From positions 1 through 64,000 of the forward strand of contig UYFQ01000032.1 in assembly GCA_900617105.1 (NCBI GenBank): a stretch of DNA of 64,000 bases, written 5' to 3'. Shown in pieces: positions 39,574 to 50,254 of this stretch. A program made the position numbers and the translations under genes. Each line of letters opens with the position of its first letter. Position 1 is the stretch's first letter. Below the pieces are notes generated by a model. The model saw only the letters and a program-made list of their open reading frames with translations, had not been told where the DNA came from and did no database searches. This stretch comes from Hydrurus foetidus. Taxonomy: Eukaryota.

Positions 39574-41273
39574 CCTGAATCCGTGACTTCGCAGTTGAAA
39601 TATGTTGATTTCCCTATTGAAATCAACGACTTAGCCTGCATGTAAGATTCACCCCGTAGGTGAACCCGAACATGACCGACTTCATTATTAAAAAACTGCC
39701 CTACGATCTCAGTTCCCATGCCGGACTGGCTTTTATCGGCAAATACCTCAAGCGCGTTAACGTCAATTCCTTGATTGATCCGAAGTTCCCCGTGCGCTCG
39801 GGTGCATCCAACAGCGATATTCTCAAATCCTATCTTGCCCTGCTGTGCTTGGGTAAGAGCGACTTCGATGCGATTGAGAGCTTTCGGGGCAACGCTTTCT
39901 TCATGCGCGCACTCGGTCTGGGTGTGGTGCCATCGAGCCCCACGCTGCGCCAACGCATGGACACCCATGCTGCCTCTTGGTTCGATCTCGCGCCCCAAAT
40001 GAACCAACTGCTGCTGAGCAGCCGCATCAATGGGCAGCCAATAGATTTCGGTGCATTGTCCTGTGGTTACACACCGGTGGATCTGGATACCTTTGCCATG
40101 GACAACGGTGGCACCAAGAAGGAACTGGTTGGGCGCACTTACGCCGGCGTTGATGGCTACTGCCCGTTTGCTGTGTACTTGGGAAGCCTGGGCTATTGCC
40201 TGGAATTGGCATTGCGCCCTGGTGTGCAACATTCGGCATCCGAGAGCGAATACAACTTTGAGCGGGCATTGCCGATGGCCGCCGCGCTGGTGTCCACGCC
40301 ATTGTTGGTGCGCGCAGACTCGGGCTTTTGTTCGGCCAAGCTGATGCAAGAAGTCACCTCGCACGCAGCCACCCTGCAGCGCGAGATTGCATTCCTCATC
40401 AAGTGGAACCCGCGCAACTCGCCGGTGGAAACTATCGCGGCCAACAGAGTGGCTGAGGCCAGCACGCAGTGGGTGAGCGCGCGCGCGGGTAAGCGCGAAT
40501 GCCTCTGGCAAGAAGGCTTGAAGTTGGCCGGTGTGGGCAGCCAGTTCAATCCGGTGCGCAGGGTCTATCGGCTCACCGAGCGCACCATCGACAAGTATGG
40601 CAACACCTTGCTGTTGCCCGAGTATGTGTTGGAGGGCTGGACGACTACGCTGCCCGAAAAGTTCACCTGCGAAGAGGTGATTGCGCTGTACTGCGATCAC
40701 GCAACACATGAGCAGTTCCATTCGGAGTTCAAGTCCGATATGGATTTGGAGCGGCTGCCTTCTGGCAAGTTCGACACCAACTATTTGGTGTGCCAACTTG
40801 CTGCTGTGGCGATGAACTTGTTGCGCTTGATTGGACAAAACACCTTGAACGAGCCTGATGCACCGGTGCGCCACAAAGCCAAACGTCGGCGTATCAAGAC
40901 GGTGATGCAGGAGCTGATGTTCAAGGCCGCGCGGATGATTACGCATGCCGGGCGCTGGGTATTGGGTCTGGGCCAGAGTGACCCCGCCTTTGCGGTGTTT
41001 GAGCGCCATTACGGGCAACTCAACACCGCGTAAATACGCGCCAGCGCCAACACAATCGCGCAGACTGAAATCAATAGCAACCGCCGGTGTCGGGCAGGAG
41101 CAGTCACGGTCAAAAATCGCCAAGCCATTACAAAATCCCAGGCGACATCCATGCCAATGCGCTGACTTGCCGGTGGATTCGGCATTGATGTGTGGGTTCA
41201 CGAGATATTGCGCAATTGTTGGGAGGATTCAGGCGGAAATACTGGCAGGGTAACTTCAGGTCACGGATTCAGG
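39574..41273 (+). mobile_element. IS1380-family insertion sequence, 1,700 bp
   Basis: Perfect 14-bp terminal IRs CCTGAATCCGTGAC / GTCACGGATTCAGG; 5-bp direct repeat ACATT (39569-39573, 41274-41278); single transposase. Confidence 0.93.
39660..41033 (+). CDS. IS1380-family DDE transposase
   Basis: SSHAGL, PSSPTLRQ, VDLD, GY.P, LRPG..HS, VRADSGF, Y..H..HEQ...EFK. Confidence 0.92.
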   Translation: MNPNMTDFIIKKLPYDLSSHAGLAFIGKYLKRVNVNSLIDPKFPVRSGASNSDILKSYLALLCLGKSDFDAIESFRGNAFFMRALGLGVVPSSPTLRQRMDTHAASWFDLAPQMNQLLLSSRINGQPIDFGALSCGYTPVDLDTFAMDNGGTKKELVGRTYAGVDGYCPFAVYLGSLGYCLELALRPGVQHSASESEYNFERALPMAAALVSTPLLVRADSGFCSAKLMQEVTSHAATLQREIAFLIKWNPRNSPVETIAANRVAEASTQWVSARAGKRECLWQEGLKLAGVGSQFNPVRRVYRLTERTIDKYGNTLLLPEYVLEGWTTTLPEKFTCEEVIALYCDHATHEQFHSEFKSDMDLERLPSGKFDTNYLVCQLAAVAMNLLRLIGQNTLNEPDAPVRHKAKRRRIKTVMQELMFKAARMITHAGRWVLGLGQSDPAFAVFERHYGQLNTA

Positions 41274-44200
41274 ACATTGATACGAAACAAGCGGTCAATC
41301 AGAACGTACTCGTTGGTGCACCGATAGATGGCGTACTGAAGTTTATTCAAGAAGACCCAAAAGTTCCTGTAAAGATCGCAGTTCTTATTGCTAAAAACGG
41401 TGATGAATATGTCATTCGACATATGAGTAACTTGCCAGAGGCTCTAGGCGGGACAACCATTAAGGCGGGGACCGTGATCGGTACGATGAGCAATGAAGGA
41501 ACCGAGGCAGTGCATGATCACATGTCCGTATTTACCACAGCTGAAATAGATGGGAAAGTGCAACGGATCGCAATTGATCCATATACCTACTACAAGAGCC
41601 ACTTCAATTTGAAAGAAACGGACCAGATACTTTTGGCCAAACAGAAGGGGAATTCTTACAATACCACTGGCGAATATAGACCCAGTCAGCTTATCGACGA
41701 TGAATACAGAACACCCAAGTCCAAATACGAAGGAGCGGACCTTATTCCCCGCCCAATAGGTGGATTGCCCGCGTTACGGGACTACTTAATGGGCTTAGAG
41801 GGCGGTGGAGACTACAGTGCCGTCAATAAAAACGGGGCGTTGGGCGCTTTTCAGATGAAGCCCGACACCTTGACGGAATTAAAGTTTCTCGATGCTGATG
41901 GAAAATGGACTGGTAAATACGGAGTTTGGACCAAGGAGGACTTCTTATCCAATAAGACAGCGCAAGATAATGGATTCTCCGAAAATATAAATGCTATCAA
42001 AGGGCAATTAATAAGCAATGGAGCATGGGCTCACATTAGAGATACTATGCCAGATGGCACTGTAATCACGGAAGGTAGTTTGATCGGCGCAGGCTGGTTG
42101 GGCGCTAGGAATGTAGGTAAGTACTTTAGTTCGGAAGGTGAATTCAATCGAACGGACGCCAACGGTACGAGTGTTGGATATCGCCTTCGATCTTTTTCAC
42201 GATTTGACCCTTCTTTGCCTGAAGCCGGTGGCACAGGCGTCGCTTTGGACGGCCACCCTACCGGTGGCCACTTGGAATACCCTCCAACTAACCACAACGC
42301 TATGGGAGACTTCCCTGGGGCGGCCGAGCCTGTCTGGGTGTCCGACACCCCTGCCCCCGCAGCCAGCAGACCCAGCAGCACAATCACTTCTGCGACAAAA
42401 CCACCCCCCACCATCGAAGCCATCCCTGGCGCCCCCGCAGACGGTTTAAGTTTTCGACTGGGCAACAACACAATCATTCGCGTTGGCAACAGCCCGGAAG
42501 ACGCCAATGGCGCATTGGTCTCATTCAACAAGCAAACCAACACATTGGTTGTTGATGTAAAGCTTGGGGACAATCTGTATGAGCGACGGACTTATAACGC
42601 CTCGGGCCAAGTGAGCCGCCAAGAATGGGAATACGCCTCAGACCAAATCGATGCGACAACTGGGCAACCCACGCAATACTTCAATGGCGAGACCTTCAAA
42701 ATTGCCGGTGACACTTACGTGTATGCGACTGGTCGCGGGCTGATACATTTAGGCACCGGAGAAATTGCCGCTACACCTAGTGAAGTAAGCAGTTTTATGT
42801 CTCAAGGGGGAGTGACCCCTGTGAAATCCCTACTTCAAATTGCGTATGAAACCGTAGAGCTGGGCGGGCAAACCTACACAGTCAAACCGAACGGCACGCT
42901 GGAGCGTCAAGTGGCAGAACACCCAGGCTGGGTAGAACTGCGCGACAGCACAGGTGGCGGTGTCATTCTGGACCGCGATGGCGCAGTCATGGCCCAACTC
43001 CTGCCGGGTGACCGGGTTGGCATGATGGATGACGGACGCATCACCGTCAATGACAACAACGGCCGCAGCGTCAACCGCACTCTAGATGACGCTCATGAAG
43101 GTGCGTTCTACCAGCGTGTGAGCAGCACACCCGTTATCGATGCAAGCGAACACTTAGCATCAAATCGCCCTCTAGCCCCCGCAGTATCTGTGCCAGCAGC
43201 TACACAAACCATAGCAAATCCCGGCAGTTCCCAAGACCTGCTGACCTACTTGGACAACGCCGGCGCTGCCCTTTCTCCTGCCCAGCAATACGCGCTCGGC
43301 CCGCAACTTGGGCGCTTGGGACTGGGCGCCGTAGACGGCACCACCCTGAGCCTGCACACCGTGCCCGGCGGGGGTGCCTTGCTGGCCAATGCCGATGGCG
43401 AGATCGTGGGCGAGGTCAGCATCTCCCCTACAGGGGTGCTGCACCTGCAGGCCAACGCCATCAACACCGACGGCTCCAGTTCTCCGGTGGACCTGCATGT
43501 CACCGGCGCGGGGCAGGTGATGACCACCGGGCAATACCAAGAGGCCCAATTCAACGCCGCCGCCAACGATGCAGCCGGCACCCTCAGCCTGGTCAACGGC
43601 CTGGCCAACCTGGCGCACTTTGACCAGCTCACCGACCTGGGCAAGCTGCAAAGCCTGGTTGGCCTGTACAACCAGATCGACAACCTGGGCAGTGCCACAA
43701 CAGCCCTGACGGCCACCACAACCGATGCCGCAGGCAACCTGCCCGGCAACCTGGGCCAGTGGGGTGCAGGCCTGGGCCTGATCACCGCCCTGCAGAGCGA
43801 TAACCCGATTGCGCAGGCCAGTGCAGCGGGAGCGCTCTACAACACCTTTGGCAGTGCTTCGACCAACATTCCGATACCCTACCTCCAGGCCCTGAACCTC
43901 ATAGGCGCCATCGAGAGCGGCAACACGGTCAGCATGCTGGCCAGCGCGGTTGCTTTCATCCCTGGCTGGGGAACGGCGGCCAGCATCGCGATCAGCGTTC
44001 TGGCGCCATTGTTTGCCGACAAGCCCCCACAGCCCGAAGGCGTCACCCACTTCGAGTGGGATGCACAAGGCGACATCCAGATCCGCGTGGACTTCAACCA
44101 AAGCCACGGCGGAGAGATGGCGCAGCGCACTGCGCAAAGCGTGCAAGGCCTGTTGCAATCCATCGTCCAAAGCATCAACGATCAGACGCCTGATACCGCA

Positions 44201-47200
44201 GACAACGTAGCCATCAACCCCTACCTGCTGCCCCGCGTGGGCTTCTCACAGAGTGGCGGCGCGTGGATAGAGATGACCACCCCGGACGGGGGCAGCTACC
44301 GCGAGATGATCCAGGGCAACAACCAGAGCCAAGGCCTGGCCCAACGCCTGTTTGACATATTGACCGAAAACGGCGGCATTGCCCCAGCCTGGCAAGTGCA
44401 AACGCAGCTGGGCCATATGCAACAGCTGCTGGCCCAAGGTGCTGGCCAAGGCGAGATTGCTGCGGAGCTGGGCGCCGGTGCCGGCGGCCACGCCTACCAT
44501 GGCAACCAAGCGTTTGCGCTGCAAGGCAATGCGGCGGAAACTGCGGACTTCAAGACGCAGCGCTTTGGCGCACTGGTGGTGCACCTTGGGGCCGGCGTGG
44601 TGCAGTCCGATGCCGTGCAAAACAGCACACAGGCGCTGCAACAGCTGCAGGACCAGCAAACCGAGCAGCGCGTGGCCACCAGTGATCTGTACCGGGACAC
44701 CGAGAACGATGGCTTCTACGAGAAAACCCAATGGGTGAGTGCCACAGATGCCAAGGGAAACCTGCAAGGCCTGCTGGTGTTGGACTACAACGGCAATGGC
44801 CAGATAGAGACGCGCGATATCTTGAACCTGGGCGGCAACGCAGGGCAAGAGGGCAACCGCGCCAACGACGCCACCCAAGCCACCAACAACGCGCATCTGC
44901 AGCGCAACAACGTGGAGTGGCTGGATGCGAATAGCGACGGAGTTCTGGACAAGAGCGACCCGGTGTTTGCCGCCATCAAACTGTGGGTAGACCTGAACCA
45001 GGATGCGCAGCTGGATGCCGGTGAACAGTCGGACTTGGCGAGCTTGCACATCACCAGCATCAACTTCAAAACAGGCGAAGTGACGTATGCCGATGGTCAC
45101 CGTGATGCGCTGAGCGCGACCACGTTGCAGTCAGACACCGAAGGCGTGCGCTACACCCAGATGCAAGAGGCGGATGCAGCGGGCAACCTGCACACCATCA
45201 ATGCAGGGCAAATGCTGGAGCACGAGGGCTACCAGGGCCAGGTGCAGGTGGTGGACCAAGGCGGTACCACGCGCTGGGGCTCGGTGCGCGAAGCCACCTT
45301 TGAACAAGACGCGCTGACCACCGGAGACTGGGAAGGCACCGCCGAGCAAGAACAACATCGCCACGGCGGAACCAACGTGACCAGTGCCCCCATACAGACC
45401 ATTGCCATTGGGGCGGTGAGCTTGGGGCCGGTGAAGCGGACGGTCGGACATGACAAGGTATTGACGGAACGGCGGCTGGTATTTGTGCCGGCCATTGCCA
45501 CCCTGGAGCAAGGGCGCATAGACAGCCCGACGGACCAGATGGTGCGCAGCGCCCAAGAAGGTGCATTGGCGGGTGGAATGGGAGCAGGCCTGGGCGTGCT
45601 GGCCATGGTGGGCTTGGGTGCGGTGCAAACCACTGCCTTTGCGGCACCTGATGCCCAGCGGGCACATGACGTGGCCTTAGAGGACGACGGGCTGGACACG
45701 CGTGCGCGCATGGCCGCACCGGATGTGCCGAATCCCGAACTGTCTGGTGCCAGCGTTGCGCGAGTCCGCAGCGCGGCCCCGGCATACGACGTGCAAGGGG
45801 CTTGGCAAGAGGCGCCTCGGCACACCGTGGATGCACCACCGCCGCCAGGCGTGCTGGCCGATACAGACGCCTTGCAACGCGCTGGCCTGGATGTGTCTGC
45901 CTACACCGGTTTGCGAGAAATTCGGGCTACGCTGGTGAACGGCGGTGTGCCCAGCCCGGTGAGTGGCGGGCGCCCAGGTGCACCAACAGACGACACCACA
46001 CACGCCTATGTGACATTCGCCGCGGCAGAAATGTTGCTGGACTTGCCCAAAGTGGCCGGCGAAGTGCTGGCGGGTACCGAGGACACCGTGCTGCGCATTG
46101 CCACCGATTTACTACTGGCCAATGACAGCACCATCAATGCCAGCGCCCATTTGGGCAGTGCGCCGCTGCACATCAGTGCAGTGGGCAACCCCAGCCACGG
46201 ACAGGTGAGCTTGCAAACCAGCGTAAATGGCGCTGGGCAAACGGTGACAGACGTGGTGTTTCTGCCCGACCCGGATTTCTACGGCACAGCCAGCTTTAGC
46301 TATACGGTGACGGACCAATACGGCCTGTCGGGCACCGCCACCGCGACAGTGTTGGTAGAAAACGTGAACGACGCACCCTACGCGCAAGGCGAAGTAGTGA
46401 GCGGCGCCAGCGAAGATGCAAGCTTCTCGATCAACAAGGCCGTGCTGCTGGCCAACGACGGCGATGTGGACGATGCGGCCAGCGCGCTGAGCATTGGCTG
46501 GGTCGGCAATGCGGTGCATGGCACGGTGAGTCTGGACGCCAATGGCAATGTCGTGTTCGCGCCGGGCTTGAACTTCAACGGCAATGCCGAGTTTGAGTAC
46601 ATGACGATGGACGCAGCAGGCTTGTTGTCACCCGCTGTGCAAGTGGTGATGCCGGTGGCTGCGGTGAATGATGCGCCGCTGACGGTCGATGACCAGTTTC
46701 AAACCTACGTCAACAGCACCATGACCATTGGGTTTGCGCAGCTTCTTGGCAATGACTCCGACATAGAAAACGACACGCTGAGTTTGGCGAACGTAGGCAA
46801 CGCTTCGCAAGGTGTGGTGGCCATCGTCAATGGACAGGTGGAGTTTGTGCCAACGCCCGGCTTCACAGGGACCGCTTCTTTTGACTATCTGGCCAACGAT
46901 GGCAATGGTGGGCAAACCTGGGCAACCGCATTTGTAGAGGTGAAACACCCGCCGAACTTGTATGCCTCCGTAGATTTATACGGTGCCAGTTTCTATGGCA
47001 CTGGCTACAACTCAGGGTACCGCTTTGACATGGCCGATGTTAGTTTTGCGGTGTCGGACGATGGCGACACTGCTTTCGCGAGCTTGGCGTTGCAAAGCGT
47101 CAGCGTGCTGCGCATCGATTATTCAAGCCCGGAGGGTTACGGTAGCAACATTACCTATCCCAACTACGCGTGGCAGAGTTTGGATGGGGTGAACAATTTT

Positions 47201-48090
47201 GCATACAGCAACACAGCCATGAATCTGGACGTGCGCCGGGGCTACGGATTCACGGATTTTCAGAGCACTTGGCAGGTTACCGACAACCGCGGTTTGGCCA
47301 ACATTTGGCACCTCAACTACAGCATGAACGGAGGCGCTTCCAGCTACATGGAGCACTCAGGCTATGTGGGGCCGGTCGTTTTGTCACTGGATGGCACAGC
47401 ACCCGCCTACATCAGCACCCAATACTCCCATGTGCGTTACGACATGGACATGGATGGCATTGCGGACAAGGTGGCTTGGGCCGCCCCAGGCAGTGGCGTA
47501 CTGGGTATCGACCTCAACGGCGACCACCGGATTAGCGGCGCGGACGAGTTTGCATTCAAGCAATATGTGGATGGCGCACAAACCGACTTGCAGGGTTTAA
47601 AAGCCTTTGACACCAACCACAACGGCTTGCTGGACGCAGGGGATGCACGGTGGTCCCAATTCGGCGTATGGGAAGACAAAAATGCCGATGGACAAACACA
47701 GAATGGCGAATACCTAAGCTTGGATGCATTGGGCATCGCCACAATCAATCTGCAATCCAACGCGCAGACGCATAGCGGGCTGGCCGTTGGCGGAGGCGCA
47801 AGCACGGACGTCACCGTCATGGGCGACACCACGTTCACGCGCGCAGACGGAAGCTCGGGTGTAGCGGCTGACGCAATGTTCGCCTACCAGTCCGGTGTGC
47901 ATGCCCAAGCTGCGGAAGCCGACTTGGCCCGCATGGCCTTGCTGTTCAATCAAATAGCAAACACGGCGCTGATCCAAGACGCAGAGCCTTTGGGTTTTGT
48001 ACCCGTACAGCCCGTCGATGCCACTTTGACCCACGAAGACTTCTTGGCCTTGCAAGCAGCTTAATCGCAGGATTCTGAACTCTCCAAAAG

Positions 48091-48122
48091 AAAAGGGCCT
48101 GTCTTTCGACAGGCCCTTTTTT
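48091..48122. terminator. Bidirectional intrinsic terminator
   Basis: AAAAGGGCCTGTC-TTTC-GACAGGCCCTTTTTT between convergent genes. Confidence 0.9.
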
Positions 48123-48137
48123 ACTAAGCGCGAAAAA

Positions 48138-48653
48138 TTACGCTGCAGCAGCTTGCTTGCGGCGGCGAGCGATACCGCCCATCAGGCCCAGGCCAGCCAA
48201 CAGCATGGCGTAGGTTTCTGGTTCTGGCACGGGAGCAGCACTCAAAGTAATCCCATACAAGCCGCCGTTCATGCCAGTTGCATTGCCGGTAATGTCAACG
48301 TGGTAGCTGCCAGCGCTAGGCAGATTGAAGGTGTAGCTGGTGTTGTTGCCAGCGAAAGAACCAAAATTAATGGTCCCATTGGGGTGGCTGTCGTTCCAGA
48401 CATTCACAGTCAAACCAGCAATGTCGTAAATACTCATGTTGAAAAACGACAAAATGAGATTGTTAGCAGCTCCGCTCAACACGGAAGGGCTAGCAATGTT
48501 GAAGTTAATGGTGTCTTCAAACGAACCGGAGACGTGCGAGAAGCTATTGGTATAGCTTCCCAGCGTTCCTGCATTCACGGTGGTAGCTTGTGCAACGCCA
48601 GCAGACATCGCCGCGGCGATGAAACTGGTAATCAGTGCTTTTTTAAGCATCAT
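48138..48653 (-). CDS. FxDxF-family PEP-CTERM sorting-domain protein
   Basis: Signal peptide (..AQA), GSFEDTINF, C-terminal APVPEPETYAMLLAGLGLMGGIARRRK. Confidence 0.93.
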   Translation of the reverse strand: MMLKKALITSFIAAAMSAGVAQATTVNAGTLGSYTNSFSHVSGSFEDTINFNIASPSVLSGAANNLILSFFNMSIYDIAGLTVNVWNDSHPNGTINFGSFAGNNTSYTFNLPSAGSYHVDITGNATGMNGGLYGITLSAAPVPEPETYAMLLAGLGLMGGIARRRKQAAAA

Positions 48654-48746
48654 GGTAAATCCCTTTGGTATGTGAACCCAGCGCACACCCAAAATGGGTT
48701 GGCTACGAGTTAGGGTAAGTTTCTATGGATCTCCAATTGCCGCCTA

Positions 48747-48762
48747 TAGCCTGATCGGACTA
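48747..48762 (-). promoter_or_regulatory. 6-4-6 imperfect palindrome upstream of the PEP-CTERM gene
   Basis: Minus strand TAGTCC-GATC-AGGCTA followed by TAGGCG. Confidence 0.5.
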
Positions 48763-48783
48763 ACCGTGTGACTTACTTCACAC

Positions 48784-50223
48784 TTAACGCCCATAAACAT
48801 CCTCAAATCGCACGATGTCGTCTTCGCCCAGATAGCTGCCCGACTGGACTTCAATCATCTCCAACTCCACCTTGCCGGGATTCTCCAGGCGGTGCGTGGT
48901 GCCCAAGGGGATATAGGTCGATTCGTTCTCAGAGAGCAAGAAGGTTTTTTCACCCTGCGTTACCTTGGCCGTGCCGCTCACCACAATCCAGTGCTCCGCA
49001 CGGTGGTGGTGCATTTGCAGCGACAAGGCTGCGCCAGGCTTGACCACAATGCGTTTGACCTGGAAGCGCTCGCCCGAGTCCACGCTGTCGTACCAACCCC
49101 AGGGGCGAAAAACCTTGCGATGGGTTTGCCCTTCGCTGCGGCCCGCCTGCTTCAGGCGATCCACAATCTTCTTCACGTCCTGCGTCTTGTTCTTGTGGGC
49201 CACCAAGATGGCATCTGCAGTCTCCACCACGATCAAGTCGTCCACGCCCACGCACGCGATCAATCGCCCTTCCGACAAGGCCAGCGTATTGCGACTGTCC
49301 TGCATCAGCACGTCACCTTGCGCCACGTTGCCGTCCGCATCTTTGGGCAACACATTCCACAGTGCCTCCCAGGCGCCTACGTCAGACCACCCGGCAGCCA
49401 ATGGAATTACCACCCCCACCGGCAAGCTTGTGTTTTGGCCCGCAGCAATCCGCTCCATCACCGCATAGTCGATCGAGTCGCTGGGGCACTGGCTGAACGC
49501 GTCTTTACCCACCCGCACAAACTCACCATCGGCACTGCCTTGCGTCCACGCGGTTTCGCAGGCCGCTGCGATGTCTGGCCGGCAGATCTCCAGTGCCGCC
49601 AACCACACGGAGGCGCGCATCATGAACAGGCCGCTGTTCCAGGAATAGCTTCCCTCGTCCAGGTAGGCCTGCGCCGTCTGCACGTTGGGTTTTTCTACAA
49701 AACGGGCAATCCGCTTGGCGCCATCGCCGCCAAAGCTCTCGCCCGACTGGATGTAGCCGTAGCCAGTCTCAGGCGCGTCGGGAGTGACGCCAAAGGTCAC
49801 CACCGCGCCGTCATTCGCCAAAGCCGCGCCCTTGCGGACCACCTCCTGAAAAGCCTGCTTGTCCACAATGACGTGGTCGGCCGGCATGACCAGCAGAACA
49901 GGATCTGCTCCGTTTTTCATAGCTGCCCGCGCAGCAATGGTAAGGGCTGGAGCCGTATTTCGTCCCAAAGGCTCAAGAACCACTGTGCCGGGCTTACCCA
50001 TCACACGCAGCTGCTCGGCGATCACAAAACGGTATTCCTCATTGCACACGACCAGAGGCGCAGCCAATTCGACACCGGCGATCCCGTCCACGCGGCGGAC
50101 GGTCGCCTGCAACAACGAATCCTCACCAATCAAAGGCAACAGTTGTTTGGGGTATTTTTCGCGGGACAAGGGCCACAAACGGGTTCCCGAGCCACCTGAC
50201 AACACGACGGGTTGAATCAACAT
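48784..50223 (-). CDS. manC: Mannose-1-phosphate guanylyltransferase / mannose-6-phosphate isomerase
   Basis: Start ATG 50223; GGSGTRLWPLSR..PKQ, EP.GRNTAPA, FVEKP, SIDYAVME, WSDVG.W, RPWG, LSLQMHHHRAEHW. Confidence 0.96.
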   Translation of the reverse strand: MLIQPVVLSGGSGTRLWPLSREKYPKQLLPLIGEDSLLQATVRRVDGIAGVELAAPLVVCNEEYRFVIAEQLRVMGKPGTVVLEPLGRNTAPALTIAARAAMKNGADPVLLVMPADHVIVDKQAFQEVVRKGAALANDGAVVTFGVTPDAPETGYGYIQSGESFGGDGAKRIARFVEKPNVQTAQAYLDEGSYSWNSGLFMMRASVWLAALEICRPDIAAACETAWTQGSADGEFVRVGKDAFSQCPSDSIDYAVMERIAAGQNTSLPVGVVIPLAAGWSDVGAWEALWNVLPKDADGNVAQGDVLMQDSRNTLALSEGRLIACVGVDDLIVVETADAILVAHKNKTQDVKKIVDRLKQAGRSEGQTHRKVFRPWGWYDSVDSGERFQVKRIVVKPGAALSLQMHHHRAEHWIVVSGTAKVTQGEKTFLLSENESTYIPLGTTHRLENPGKVELEMIEVQSGSYLGEDDIVRFEDVYGR

Positions 50224-50254
50224 TTCAATTCCTTCAAAGCTAAATCTCGGTGCC

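Larger units (their letters stand above)
39370..48064 (+). pseudogene. IS-interrupted ~2,329-aa secreted protein: M23 peptidase + lysozyme-like N-terminus, hydrophobic helices, two FrpC-SPM-like Ca-binding modules, three cadherin-like repeats
   Basis: Removing 39574-41278 joins codon 68 (..SVIYI) in frame to DTKQAVNQ..; HGGID (39511) and HDH (41513); LEGGGDY.AVN..GALGAFQM; LLAND/VNDAP repeats; DxNxDG EF-hand-like loops. Confidence 0.85.

Noticed and set aside
39339..41201. 620-aa minus-strand ORF
   Set aside because: Antisense shadow of the IS1380 transposase, crossing the IS boundary; no recognisable motifs.
41192..48064. Treating the 2,290-aa ORF as a complete native gene
   Set aside because: Its first ~28 codons are IS sequence; the native start is ATG 39370.
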